Source: a virus
IMG/VR virus record: IMGVR_UViG_3300015370_000011
Location: 32,001-96,000 of that record
DNA length: 64,000 bases
Strand: one strand, 5' to 3'
The notes under the pieces are model-generated. The model saw only the letters and a list, made by a program, of their open reading frames with translations, was not told the origin of the DNA and searched no databases. Positions 1-9,779 of this stretch are shown piece after piece. Positions within the stretch are counted from its first letter, which is position 1; the number at the start of each line of letters is the position of its first letter. A program made the position numbers and the translations under genes.

Positions 1-643
1 AGGTATCATTGTCGCAATGAACACGCAATTTAAATTTCTCTGGTTCTGGATCATAGCGTGTCCGTAAAAGCGAAATGAACTTATCCCGTTCTGCCTTTGG
101 TAGCCGTGTAACTAACTCTTGTAACTGTTGAATAGTTATCTTTTGTGGCACACCGTCCTCCTTATGTAGACACATAGATCGTAATTCATTATACTGATCT
201 TTACCTAACCCCTCTAAAATTAAACACAGGTCTATTGGATCGCACGCGGGGATAGCCGTTCTACCACGCAATTTACCTTCAGAATCTTCGTATACTAAAT
301 CCTCGTAAGATAAGGCGCAATAGTTTAGCTTATGCTTATACGTGTTTCTTTGTTTATGACGATCAGTAAGAACGTTATTGACCTTTGTTTTTAATAAATT
401 ATAAAACGGTTTTCCCTGATAATACGGACCATACCTGTGCAATGCAAACCATACCTTTGATATTATTTCAGACGCCGTATCCTCCGGATCCCATTTGTCA
501 GATATCAACGCCGCTTTCCAGACGTACCCTTTTATCAGATGTATTAGGTTTGCGGCTTTGGTCTGGTCCAGTTCCCAGGTGCCGTCTTTTCGTTTTCCAA
601 GAACAATTTCGTCTACGCATTTCTGTAATTTTATTGTGTCCAA
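1..643 (-). CDS. Sigma-70 region-2-like protein (partial, runs off window edge); missed by ORF track
   Basis: Manual translation from TTG at 643 (GAGGAG upstream) is open to position 1: MDTIKLQKCVDEIV...WDPEDTASEIISKVWFALHRYGPYYQGKPFYNLLKTKVNNVLTD..., resembling sigma region 2 (D..D..QE...LW.A..RF.P..G..F..Y....N...D). Confidence 0.55.
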   Translation of the reverse strand, partial: MDTIKLQKCVDEIVLGKRKDGTWELDQTKAANLIHLIKGYVWKAALISDKWDPEDTASEIISKVWFALHRYGPYYQGKPFYNLLKTKVNNVLTDRHKQRNTYKHKLNYCALSYEDLVYEDSEGKLRGRTAIPACDPIDLCLILEGLGKDQYNELRSMCLHKEDGVPQKITIQQLQELVTRLPKAERDKFISLLRTRYDPEPEKFKLRVHCDNDT

Positions 644-691
644 TGGGCTCCTCACCGGAATATTGATAGTATTACCAAAGCTAGATTAAAG

Positions 692-1144
692 TCAAGAAGA
701 ATTTTGAATATAATTGATAATTTTTTTATAGCCTATATTTAGTTGGTAAGCAATTGATAATGATTCAATACTTACGTCTGCACTCTTACTTTGCATAGTA
801 AGCAGCAGCGTATCAAAGGCATCATACGCTTTACATTTTTTATGAAACGGTGTCTCTTCCAATGCTGCTTTAAGTTTTCCCTCAAATTTCCTGTATAGTT
901 TATACAAGATGGTATTTTCGTTTGGGTAATCTAGAGAAGGAAATAATACATTATTTTTATTGATTTTTTTAAGTACGTCTTCAAAGCTCCCATGACTCTG
1001 ACAACCAAAACAATGGTAACTACCATCTTCGTATACTACAAATGACGGCTTAGTTTCTGCATGGAATGGACAACACGCTCTCCAACGCGCCCCTATAGAG
1101 TCTAACTCGATACCAAATACTCTGTACGCATCAGGAATTTCCAT
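692..1144 (-). CDS. Primase CHC2 zinc-finger domain protein (no TOPRIM domain)
   Basis: CCPFHAETKPSF...YHCFGC motif; only 150 aa; adjacent to helicase. Confidence 0.85.
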   Translation of the reverse strand: MEIPDAYRVFGIELDSIGARWRACCPFHAETKPSFVVYEDGSYHCFGCQSHGSFEDVLKKINKNNVLFPSLDYPNENTILYKLYRKFEGKLKAALEETPFHKKCKAYDAFDTLLLTMQSKSADVSIESLSIAYQLNIGYKKIINYIQNSS

Positions 1145-2522
1145 CCGGTTCCCTTCTTTTTATTATCGTATGTGTATCTGTGCGATCACCAACATACGTT
1201 AGTTTCCAATCCGCAAATAATGCTATCTTTCTGCCTGGATTCCCATATCTACTTTTATCGATGAGTACCCATAATCTATTCTGTAACCGATCATACGCAT
1301 CTTGTTTTAGCCTTGCGATTGATTCACAATGTGGAGCCATATAATTGGATAAACCAATGTTATGGATACCCTCAGTATCGCTATCCTTTTCTTTTTTCTT
1401 CTTTTTTTCTATATCCGTCTTTGAGGCGTCCCGACTTTCTTGTGTGGCTGTCAAAATTGCCACATTTTCAAATTTTGCAATTTCGTGGTATTCTTGAAAA
1501 AGGTTATCATATTTTTCGGATCTGCCTGAGTACCGCTTATCCGGCTCCATAATATTTGCGTAATCTATAACGATTAGATCTGGGCTTATTCCTCGTGTTG
1601 CCTTGTATAGTTCTATCTCTTCTAATATTAAAGAACTTTTGGCTCCCATGGACACATCAACAATCCATATATTTAGTTTTTCTTTCGCTTGTTTAATTAG
1701 TGCGTGTCTAAATTTTCTTCTATCTTTTCTATCTAATTTTCCGAAAATAATCTCCTTACTATCTACCCGGGCTATCCTACTATCAAAACAATTGGCAAGC
1801 AGATCAAATGCCATTTCTAATGAAAAGTACATTACATTGTAGCCTGCTCTTGCTGCATTATATGCAATATTTATAGATGTTCTTGTCTTTCCCCCGGCTG
1901 ATTTAGAATAAAGCAATGTTACAAATGTTTTTCGCATCCCCCCGAATGCCTCGTCAAGCTCAGACATACCAAACGGTATAACATTATCTGCGGCACCGCT
2001 TTCTATATTCTTATAACTATCCCAGCGCTCTTGGACAGCTTCCGAAAGTAACCCTCTGCGGATTGTGGCTTGTGTGTCAGATCCAGCAAGCAGTAAATCT
2101 GATATAATCTCTTTCTTTAACTTATTAAAATCTATTTCTTCGTGCGCATCGAATTTATCTTTTACAGCATTAGCCACGTCGTATATTGATCTTCCTAGTG
2201 CGTAGTTTTCTAATTTACTGAAATAGTAGTTTGCTTCTTCGGGCTTAGTTTTGGGTATGTTTTTTAACATATCTAACGCATCAACATACTCTTCTATTTT
2301 ATGCTCTGATGTTGCAAATTGATTTGCAAAGCTAATCAGCACTCGTTTTGTAGGTGGCGCTCTGTGTATTCCTACATACTTTTTTATCAGTGATACTAAT
2401 GCCTTAGTTTGCGAACTAGCAAACATTTCTGGATCTATTTTTAATGCCCGTATATGCGTAGGCGCACGCATCAATAACGAAATAACATGTTGCTCTACCG
2501 TTTTTGAACTTAACCTTGCCAC
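1131..2522 (-). CDS. dnaB: DnaB-like replicative helicase
   Basis: Walker A SAGGKT, YFSLEM, Walker B IVIDY, ILTATQ, C-terminal KSRYG. Confidence 0.9.
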   Translation of the reverse strand: MARLSSKTVEQHVISLLMRAPTHIRALKIDPEMFASSQTKALVSLIKKYVGIHRAPPTKRVLISFANQFATSEHKIEEYVDALDMLKNIPKTKPEEANYYFSKLENYALGRSIYDVANAVKDKFDAHEEIDFNKLKKEIISDLLLAGSDTQATIRRGLLSEAVQERWDSYKNIESGAADNVIPFGMSELDEAFGGMRKTFVTLLYSKSAGGKTRTSINIAYNAARAGYNVMYFSLEMAFDLLANCFDSRIARVDSKEIIFGKLDRKDRRKFRHALIKQAKEKLNIWIVDVSMGAKSSLILEEIELYKATRGISPDLIVIDYANIMEPDKRYSGRSEKYDNLFQEYHEIAKFENVAILTATQESRDASKTDIEKKKKKEKDSDTEGIHNIGLSNYMAPHCESIARLKQDAYDRLQNRLWVLIDKSRYGNPGRKIALFADWKLTYVGDRTDTHTIIKRREPDGNS

Positions 2523-2524
2523 GA

Positions 2525-3250
2525 TTAATCTTCTTCCAAACCTAGACGCCCAGAGGATCCAAGCAACGGAACGGTTACTAATGTAGCTAATCGATCATGC
2601 ATAAATGATGGGAAATCTTTTAATACTTTCTCAGGGTGCTCGTTTGAGCTTAACAGGAGTGAGATATTCGCGTCATGCACATCAGATAAGAACTCGAAGA
2701 AAATTTGACTTTGAAAGCTGTTCTCAGATGCTAAATACACTTTATCAATTTCTTCCAAGGCTAATATTTTTACATTATTTATTATTTTAGATATTTGATC
2801 CCGAGCATCTGGGTCTTTCAAAGCTTCGAACTTTAAACTCATCATATGACTTGATCTCGCCCAGAATGCTGAATAATTATTCTTTATCGCCTCTAGGAGG
2901 ATATAGCATATGATTGAACTCTTAGCAGTCCCAGGTGGTCCAGCAAACCAGAGCCCTTTTCCATGCGAAATCTTATTTGGTAGATACGCAATAAAATTTC
3001 TTAATAGTTCCATAGATTGTTTATTTTCTTCTTTGAATACGCGCTTAAGTTTTCTAAGATCAAAATCCTTATATTGCTTTGGTATATTTGCTTCTGCAAT
3101 TATTATTGCTCTACTTATCTTCTCTATGCAGCGGCAATCCTCGTATCTAATCCCTTTTGTGGTTTCTACTAGTTTATACCCGGTACCAACGCAGTACTTG
3201 CAGTTATCTCGTATTTTTTGTAGCTCTTCGACATCCGCTTTGATATTCAT
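2525..3250 (-). CDS. DnaC/IstB-like AAA+ helicase loader
   Basis: N-terminal CKYC..CRC Zn site, ANIPKQY, Walker A GPPGTAKS, Walker B LALEEID, LLLSSN, DRL. Confidence 0.85.
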   Translation of the reverse strand: MNIKADVEELQKIRDNCKYCVGTGYKLVETTKGIRYEDCRCIEKISRAIIIAEANIPKQYKDFDLRKLKRVFKEENKQSMELLRNFIAYLPNKISHGKGLWFAGPPGTAKSSIICYILLEAIKNNYSAFWARSSHMMSLKFEALKDPDARDQISKIINNVKILALEEIDKVYLASENSFQSQIFFEFLSDVHDANISLLLSSNEHPEKVLKDFPSFMHDRLATLVTVPLLGSSGRLGLEED

Positions 3251-3759
3251 GAATTTTCCCGCATGTATTTATCAAACTCTTGCATTTCTCTAGCTATTTT
3301 CTGATCCAGAGAATAAAAATCCTGCGTGGTTGTCAATTTAGCGTACTTGTCGGTCATGTATCTAAACAAACTCGGACTGCATATGTTCGCTACTTTTGGT
3401 CTGTTGACATTAGTAAAATACATTTTAAACGCTTTATCTATAAATTCTTTGTATGCCTTATTCCCTATACCATTACCATTTATAAATGCTTCGATTCTTT
3501 GGTACGCCCGGACAATATTTCCGTTTTGGTTATATTCTGTTCTATACTTTTCTTGATACAAATTGCAAAAGTACTGAAAGAAGTCATAGGGTTTCCATTC
3601 TTCTACCTTTTTCAATGCAGCCCAATCCCCACTTTGTTTTAAATGCTTAAGTAAACGCATATTTTTATACCTAAGCTTTTGAAGCTGTTGCATAATATGC
3701 CATTCTACAGGATCGTCTGTGGCGAGTGCCCCGTTAATTAGAGTTTCATCTAAACCCAT
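3247..3759 (-). CDS. Hypothetical protein, possible replication initiator/organiser
   Basis: Coupled between SF2 helicase and loader; start moved to ATG 3759 because GGAGG lies upstream; function inferred from position only. Confidence 0.55.
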   Translation of the reverse strand: MGLDETLINGALATDDPVEWHIMQQLQKLRYKNMRLLKHLKQSGDWAALKKVEEWKPYDFFQYFCNLYQEKYRTEYNQNGNIVRAYQRIEAFINGNGIGNKAYKEFIDKAFKMYFTNVNRPKVANICSPSLFRYMTDKYAKLTTTQDFYSLDQKIAREMQEFDKYMRENS

Positions 3760-5189
3760 CTGGTGGCCTCCATGTAAAAATAATCGTGACATATGTTTTT
3801 ATTCTTCACTATAAAACCCTTCATTTCCATGTATTGCTTTTGTCTACGCAAGCTGTGCTTCCTAAGATATTTACCCTTATCCATAAAGTCTATAATTATG
3901 CCGATGGATTTCCCGTCTGTAGCTGTAAGAGATCTCATCTTTTGTGTTACAGATACAGAGGATTTGTACCCTTCCGCATTTATTACCGCATCAAGCGTTG
4001 GTATATTTAATCCCTCTTTTCCTACAGATCCAATTATGCACGTTATCTTTTTATTCTGTAAGGATGCATATAAGCTTTTTCTACGCTCGCTATCTATCGT
4101 CCCGTGCACAAAAACACTTCCTGGGATTAGCGCACGAAGGATTGGTCCGTGGTCTAATCGTCGAATCATAACAAATGCTGTCTTTTTCTCTTTTCTGAGC
4201 TTAGCGACGAGTTGTGCAATGAATTTATTTCTAAACTCGTTTTCAACTACGTTACTCTCATAAATATCATTAAATTCTGTAAGCCGCTTGGAAAACCAGG
4301 CATATGGTAAATCATAAAGATACACATGCGGAGTAGCCAGTCGCCCACTTTCGATTAGCTTTTTGTAGTGTACTTTATAGATAACACATCCGATTGTTTC
4401 TTCGAGTTGTATTGGATGCATCTTATCTGGTTTTGGCGTGCCCGATAAGCCTATCCGATAGCCAACGTTGATAAATCGTTTTATACACTTGCTGTTCTTA
4501 GGTGCAAATGCATGATGACATTCATCCAGTAGTAAGACTTTAGTAGAGACAATCGCTTTTTCTATCTCGTCATTTCTGTATCTCATCTTATCAGAAACGT
4601 TTTCTCTAAAAATGCTAGAGAGTGCCTGATAGCTAGAAACAACAATGTCTTCACATTGATATTGCCCCTCAGAAAAGCTTCCTATTTTTTTACCCAGATG
4701 TCGTTCTAGATCTGCTTTTGTTTGTAGCACTAGGTCTTTTCCATTCGTGATAACCCATATTGGATAATGATTTATCTTATTTATTACAGAGGCGATGACA
4801 GCAGTTTTACCGGCTCGAACTGGAGCGTGTATAATGCCATACCTGTACTGTATGGCTCGATTAACTGCTTCTACTTGAAAATCGGCTAAAGTCAAGTCTA
4901 GGACTTCAGATTTTCCAGATGGTTCGAAATTATTTTCAAAAACGATTTCAACTGCGTGCCCAATACCCGTTAAAAATGAAAAAATCCTGTAAATACATCC
5001 TGATGGTGCTGTACTATCTTTTTTTAGTAGGCAACGCTTACCATCCCAACCATATAACCTATGCGCGGTAGTGTACTCAAATCCAGGAACTATATAGGTT
5101 AGTCTTTTCTTTAATTCTTTTAGGTCCACTACTGATAAGTTTGGTTCAATACGTAAAGTGACAGCGCCCACTATAATTCGTAGATCCAC
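3750..5189 (-). CDS. SF2 DEAD/DEAH-box helicase (UvsW-like)
   Basis: APVRAGKT, LLDECHH, GLSGTP, EGLNIPTLD motifs. Confidence 0.9.
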   Translation of the reverse strand: MDLRIIVGAVTLRIEPNLSVVDLKELKKRLTYIVPGFEYTTAHRLYGWDGKRCLLKKDSTAPSGCIYRIFSFLTGIGHAVEIVFENNFEPSGKSEVLDLTLADFQVEAVNRAIQYRYGIIHAPVRAGKTAVIASVINKINHYPIWVITNGKDLVLQTKADLERHLGKKIGSFSEGQYQCEDIVVSSYQALSSIFRENVSDKMRYRNDEIEKAIVSTKVLLLDECHHAFAPKNSKCIKRFINVGYRIGLSGTPKPDKMHPIQLEETIGCVIYKVHYKKLIESGRLATPHVYLYDLPYAWFSKRLTEFNDIYESNVVENEFRNKFIAQLVAKLRKEKKTAFVMIRRLDHGPILRALIPGSVFVHGTIDSERRKSLYASLQNKKITCIIGSVGKEGLNIPTLDAVINAEGYKSSVSVTQKMRSLTATDGKSIGIIIDFMDKGKYLRKHSLRRQKQYMEMKGFIVKNKNICHDYFYMEATRWV

Positions 5190-5195
5190 GCTAGA

Positions 5196-5999
5196 TTATA
5201 CTGTGGTATTTTTGGATTGGGCCAACTCTTTTTCTGTTCTCCTAAGAATCTTTAGATTATGCCGCCTTAGCGAATCAACACCTAATCGCAAATCAGAAAA
5301 TGTGGTTCTGTGGTGATGAAAAACAAACGTACCAAGACTAAGTAATTGTTTATACCCATGATGTCGTAAGCGCATACAAAATTCGTCGTCCTCTCCCAGG
5401 CCAATATTAAATTGTTCATTTAGCAAACCTACTTCATCAAACACTTTTCGTCTGAAGGCGGTACAGAAAAAGGCTAGATTATTTTTTTTGATGTCTAAGT
5501 ACTCTCCATCGTACTTAGCAAGCATCTGCGCGTATGCTGCTTGATTTGGGACGTATCGTGGTAGTGCTGTGCCGAACCGCATGTTTAGGTTGCCTGCTTC
5601 TTGCCACGAAATTTTACTTTGTGTTACTGGCCCAACAGCCCCGATTTCTGGGTTATGCATTAGTGGTTTTATCAGCTTGGTCGCCCATTTCCAATAGACC
5701 TCTGTATCGTTATTCAGCATTATTATATATTCACCAACAGCTTCTTTAATTCCTTGGTTTGTGGCCTTTACGAATCCCATATTATAGGCATTCTTGACCA
5801 CTTTACATCTAACTCGCGGACGTGTAGCCTGTTGTCTAATTATACTAAAAGCGTCAGCGTTAGATCCATTATCAATCCATATGATTTCGTGGGGTAGTTT
5901 TGTATTGGCCCGTATAGATTGTAAACATTTAATTGTCTTTTCTGGTTGGTTTAGAACTGGAATTATAATACTAACCACAGGCTTTGGTTGATCAGACAT
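5196..5999 (-). CDS. Glycosyltransferase family 2
   Basis: SIIIPVLN, IDNGS, GFVKATNQG, LNNDT, EDDEFCMR. Confidence 0.92.
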   Translation of the reverse strand: MSDQPKPVVSIIIPVLNQPEKTIKCLQSIRANTKLPHEIIWIDNGSNADAFSIIRQQATRPRVRCKVVKNAYNMGFVKATNQGIKEAVGEYIIMLNNDTEVYWKWATKLIKPLMHNPEIGAVGPVTQSKISWQEAGNLNMRFGTALPRYVPNQAAYAQMLAKYDGEYLDIKKNNLAFFCTAFRRKVFDEVGLLNEQFNIGLGEDDEFCMRLRHHGYKQLLSLGTFVFHHHRTTFSDLRLGVDSLRRHNLKILRRTEKELAQSKNTTV

Positions 6000-6732
6000 G
6001 CAATGGGCTCCCTACTCGTTGTAGTTCTCTATCTTTGAAAGATCTATATGTATGGCTATCAGAGATCCCCATATGTGTCACTAACGTTTTTGTATTCAAA
6101 TATCCTATCCAATAGCCTGCCTCTCCCGCAGCTTTACTGATTAACCTATCTGATCCATAAATAACACCTTTTGGATGCCCGCCCGCTTTTAGAAACTGTT
6201 CTCTCGGGGATAGACGGCAAACTCCGTTGACCATCCAAAAGTCTGGTTTGTAGCATATGTACATAGTTTTATTATGATCTATTCTGTGGGTTGTTCCTAA
6301 TGGATTCTTATACAGTTTCTTTCCAGATCTAAGTGCGAAAGATTCAGTATTTCCCCAATGCATATCATATCCAAGATACAATAGTTTGTCATGATTAAAT
6401 TGTACGTAGGCATCTACAAGATCCTGTGCAAAATTTTTAGGCACTATAATGTCATCATCTACTTTCAGTATAAAATCGGATTTTGCTTCTTCTGCTAAGA
6501 AGTTTATCGCTTCCAATCCATAATTTTTTTCTCCCGCAAATATTTTTGTTATTCTACAATCCGCCTTTGCGTATTCGTATAACCAGTCATAGGATCCATC
6601 TTCTGAGTGGTTGTCCCAGATTAGAACCTCATATTTTACATCTCCCATTTTACTAATTATATCTGGTATATACGTACTAGATAATTTCAATCTATTATAC
6701 GTCAAAATTAAAATAGAAACTGAAGAGGTCAT
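5992..6732 (-). CDS. Glycosyltransferase family 2
   Basis: SILILTYNR, WDNHSEDGS, KVDDD (DxD). Confidence 0.88.
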   Translation of the reverse strand: MTSSVSILILTYNRLKLSSTYIPDIISKMGDVKYEVLIWDNHSEDGSYDWLYEYAKADCRITKIFAGEKNYGLEAINFLAEEAKSDFILKVDDDIIVPKNFAQDLVDAYVQFNHDKLLYLGYDMHWGNTESFALRSGKKLYKNPLGTTHRIDHNKTMYICYKPDFWMVNGVCRLSPREQFLKAGGHPKGVIYGSDRLISKAAGEAGYWIGYLNTKTLVTHMGISDSHTYRSFKDRELQRVGSPLHV

Positions 6733-6738
6733 GTATAC

Positions 6739-7317
6739 CTACACCCGTATAGGAGATTTCGTAGCTTCTATATTTAAACTAATTAGTATACCGTTTTCTT
6801 TGTCCATATGTGGAATGTATGCCTGTGAATAATCATCAAACCCAGCCAAATCGCCTATAAATACTTTTTTCCAGTCCCAATTCGCTACGTTGTAAAAACC
6901 AGCATCTTTTAATGTCCTTGCCAACAATTTGTAGTCGTATAGCCTTTTGTGGCCAATAGTACAATCTTCAGTCGAGTTCCATATTCCAAAAATTGGCCCC
7001 TGTATTAATTCTACATTCATGTACATGGAATAAACTGAAAATAGGGATACAGCATCCGGTACCGCTACCCGCAAAATACCACCAGGCATCAGTTTAGAAT
7101 TCCAATGTTTCAGCACATTAACTACTTCATCTTTGTCAAAATACTCTATAACATGCGATGCGTATATTAACTGTACACTGCTATCCTCAACCATGCTCAA
7201 ATTTCTAATATCGGCCACATAGTCTATGTGATCATAATCAGACAAATCAACATGTACGTAACCCGGTAAGTAACGCTTTCCACAACCCAAATGTAGCTTT
7301 GTGTCAGCAACCCTCAT
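6739..7317 (-). CDS. Class I SAM-dependent methyltransferase (type 11-like)
   Basis: KLHLGCG, IYASHVIEY, LMPGGILRVAVPD. Confidence 0.88.
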   Translation of the reverse strand: MRVADTKLHLGCGKRYLPGYVHVDLSDYDHIDYVADIRNLSMVEDSSVQLIYASHVIEYFDKDEVVNVLKHWNSKLMPGGILRVAVPDAVSLFSVYSMYMNVELIQGPIFGIWNSTEDCTIGHKRLYDYKLLARTLKDAGFYNVANWDWKKVFIGDLAGFDDYSQAYIPHMDKENGILISLNIEATKSPIRV

Positions 7318-8411
7318 GTATTGCTCCTTTGCAATTCCTTCAGTACAACTTCACATGTTTTTTGAATATCTGACAGTGGCAGCGTTAGTGAAGACGGCAA
7401 CCACAAAGTACTGTTTATCAAATTACAAATAGGCTCATACACACTTACATTTAGAAATTCGCATCCTTCCCACGGTATTTGTGTATGCAGCGGCGGGTAT
7501 GCATACCTAGAACCTATTTTGTTTCTTGCAAGCTCTGCACATACGCTGTGCCTACTTCCTGCAACTACCAGATCCATTGCCCATGGTGTGTAACAATCAT
7601 TGTTAGGATCATGCACAAAATGCTCATTGCCGAGCAGTTCTTTATACGTACTATACACTTTTCTTTTCATGTTAAGTCTGTTGTGCAAATACCTAAGCTG
7701 TGATCTACCAACCACAGCCTGTAAATCAGTAAATTTGAAGTTGTACCCAATACTGGTATGTATATCCGAACCGGGCTTGTCTCGGCAAAAATCCTTCATC
7801 CCTTCTATTTTATTGTAATATTCTTCGTTGTTTGTCACAATTAGCCCGCCCTGGCCAGTAGTAATTATCTTGTGCGGCGATAACGAGTATACACCAATGT
7901 CGCCAAGTGTGCCCAAATATGTGCCACAAAATTGTGCCCCGAATGATTGACAGGCATCCTCAATTAATATGATCCCGTGTTCTTTACAAAACTCAACCAC
8001 TTTTTGTATGTTGCCACCACGACCATTTATAGAAACAAATATCAACGCCTTATAGTCTTTAGTGTTTTTTATATTATTCAAAACATTAATATTCATACAC
8101 AAGCAGTCGTCTACACCAACCAGTACTGGTTCTGCTCCAGCCAAATACACCGCATTAGCAGTAGCAGCCATAGTATAGTCAGGAACCAATACTCTATCAC
8201 CCGGTTTGATGCCGCATGCCTTCAAAGCCAAAAATAAGCCAATTGTGCCACTTGTTACAGCCGAACAAAATTTGACATGTACTGTATCAGACACTTCCTG
8301 TTCAAATTTTTGAGTTTCCTCAAACTCTGTTAACCACCCCCCGTTTCGCATGTAGTGCTCTACTGATCGTATGTCTTCCTCTGTTATGTGCGGTTCTATT
8401 TGCAATATCAT
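7314..8411 (-). CDS. DegT/DnrJ/EryC1/StrS PLP aminotransferase (perosamine-synthase-like)
   Basis: TSGTIGL, IEDACQSFG, SLSPHKIITTGQGG (PLP lysine), GYNFK. Confidence 0.92.
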   Translation of the reverse strand: MILQIEPHITEEDIRSVEHYMRNGGWLTEFEETQKFEQEVSDTVHVKFCSAVTSGTIGLFLALKACGIKPGDRVLVPDYTMAATANAVYLAGAEPVLVGVDDCLCMNINVLNNIKNTKDYKALIFVSINGRGGNIQKVVEFCKEHGIILIEDACQSFGAQFCGTYLGTLGDIGVYSLSPHKIITTGQGGLIVTNNEEYYNKIEGMKDFCRDKPGSDIHTSIGYNFKFTDLQAVVGRSQLRYLHNRLNMKRKVYSTYKELLGNEHFVHDPNNDCYTPWAMDLVVAGSRHSVCAELARNKIGSRYAYPPLHTQIPWEGCEFLNVSVYEPICNLINSTLWLPSSLTLPLSDIQKTCEVVLKELQRSNT

Positions 8412-8815
8412 ATTAGTACCCTGTCTTCATCATCATAGGTTACAAGATAGTGTCCAGGTTTTATTTCTAGCATTTTCGTCCCATTTTTCAGTACTTTGTA
8501 ACCAACTCCACCATTGAACAGTACGTATGTATCACCAGATTCAAGGATTCTAACATCTATCACCTTATCGTCTTCACCGAGCGTAGTAACTTCAACTCGC
8601 CCACTTAAGACTACCAAAGCTTCTTGCGTCTTTTGTATAGTTCTATGCCTTTCAATATGTTTATGTGCTCTCATGTTATGATCTGCTCTGTAATTAAAAG
8701 TAAGAACCTGAATGCAGTCCTCCTTATTGGTCAAAATATCCAAACCATCTTTGTAATCAGATAGCCTAATTATTTTAGCCAGCAATCTCTCGTTCTGCCA
8801 TAGTTCCGTATGCAT
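8408..8815 (-). CDS. Cupin-fold protein (WbuC-like), sugar-pathway associated
   Basis: AHKH...TQEALVVLSG...LEIKPG cupin pattern; lies between gmd and the aminotransferase. Confidence 0.7.
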   Translation of the reverse strand: MHTELWQNERLLAKIIRLSDYKDGLDILTNKEDCIQVLTFNYRADHNMRAHKHIERHRTIQKTQEALVVLSGRVEVTTLGEDDKVIDVRILESGDTYVLFNGGVGYKVLKNGTKMLEIKPGHYLVTYDDEDRVLI

Positions 8816-9779
8816 GTGTTTCCTCCTCCATTACGGAATCGATCATTTCTTGTATCAACTGATCTAAGTTTACTGTAGGTTCCCAACCTAGTACGTTTTT
8901 TATTTTTTCCGGATTTCCTCTCAAATCTGGCACTTCTGATGGGCGAGTATATTTTATGTCAAATTTTACGTATCTATTGACATCCAAGTCTAATTTTTCA
9001 AATACTTTATCTAAAAATTCCTTGATTGCATAATGTTCACCAGTTGCTACTACAAAATCATCCGGGTATGCGTGTTCTATAATTTTTATTATGGCAGACA
9101 TGTAATCGCGGCTGTGTCCCCAATCCCTACGTGCTAACAAGTTACCAAGAACAAGATTATGCTGCTTGCCAAGCTTTATGCGCACAGCACCACGAACTAT
9201 TTTCTTAGTTACAAATGTTTCACCGCGCCTCTTTGACTCGTGGTTCATCAATATGCCATTGCATGCAAATAATCCATAGGATTTTCTGTACAGCCTAGTC
9301 ATGTGATACGCAGCCAATTTTGCTATCCCATACGGACTTTGTGGATTCATTTTACTGTTTTCATCTTGCAATGGTGGTGTGTCACCAAACATCTCAGAAG
9401 AGCTGGCTTGGTAAAAACGAGTTGTTTTTTGCAGCCCCATTCTTCTAATGGATTCCAATATGCGTGTAGGTCCGATTGCATTAACATCAACCGTATATAC
9501 TGGAATATCAAATGATACACGAACATGAGACATACTTGCAAGATTGTAAATATAGTCGGGTTTTAATTCGTAAATAATACTGTCCAATCCATTACCCAAG
9601 TCACCATACACCAGATTTATTTTTTCTTCCGGGAAAAGCAAATGATCAATCCTAGATGTAGTAATAGTACTCGACCTTCTAACAACACCATATACTTGAT
9701 GTCCCCTTTCAAGCAGAAGCTCTGCCAAATAACTACCGTCTTGACCAGTTATCCCTGTTACCAAAGAAATAGTTGACAT
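8775..9779 (-). CDS. gmd: GDP-mannose 4,6-dehydratase
   Basis: TGITGQDGSYLAELLL, SHVRVSF, FYQASSSEMFG, SPYGIAK, NHES..RGETFVT.KI, RDWGH. Confidence 0.97.
   Translation of the reverse strand: MSTISLVTGITGQDGSYLAELLLERGHQVYGVVRRSSTITTSRIDHLLFPEEKINLVYGDLGNGLDSIIYELKPDYIYNLASMSHVRVSFDIPVYTVDVNAIGPTRILESIRRMGLQKTTRFYQASSSEMFGDTPPLQDENSKMNPQSPYGIAKLAAYHMTRLYRKSYGLFACNGILMNHESKRRGETFVTKKIVRGAVRIKLGKQHNLVLGNLLARRDWGHSRDYMSAIIKIIEHAYPDDFVVATGEHYAIKEFLDKVFEKLDLDVNRYVKFDIKYTRPSEVPDLRGNPEKIKNVLGWEPTVNLDQLIQEMIDSVMEEETHAYGTMAEREIAG

Noticed and set aside
385-689. Plus-strand ORFs 385..666 and 495..689, and the many other short antisense ORFs in the track
   Set aside because: They are shadows of longer, motif-bearing genes on the opposite strand and lack RBSs
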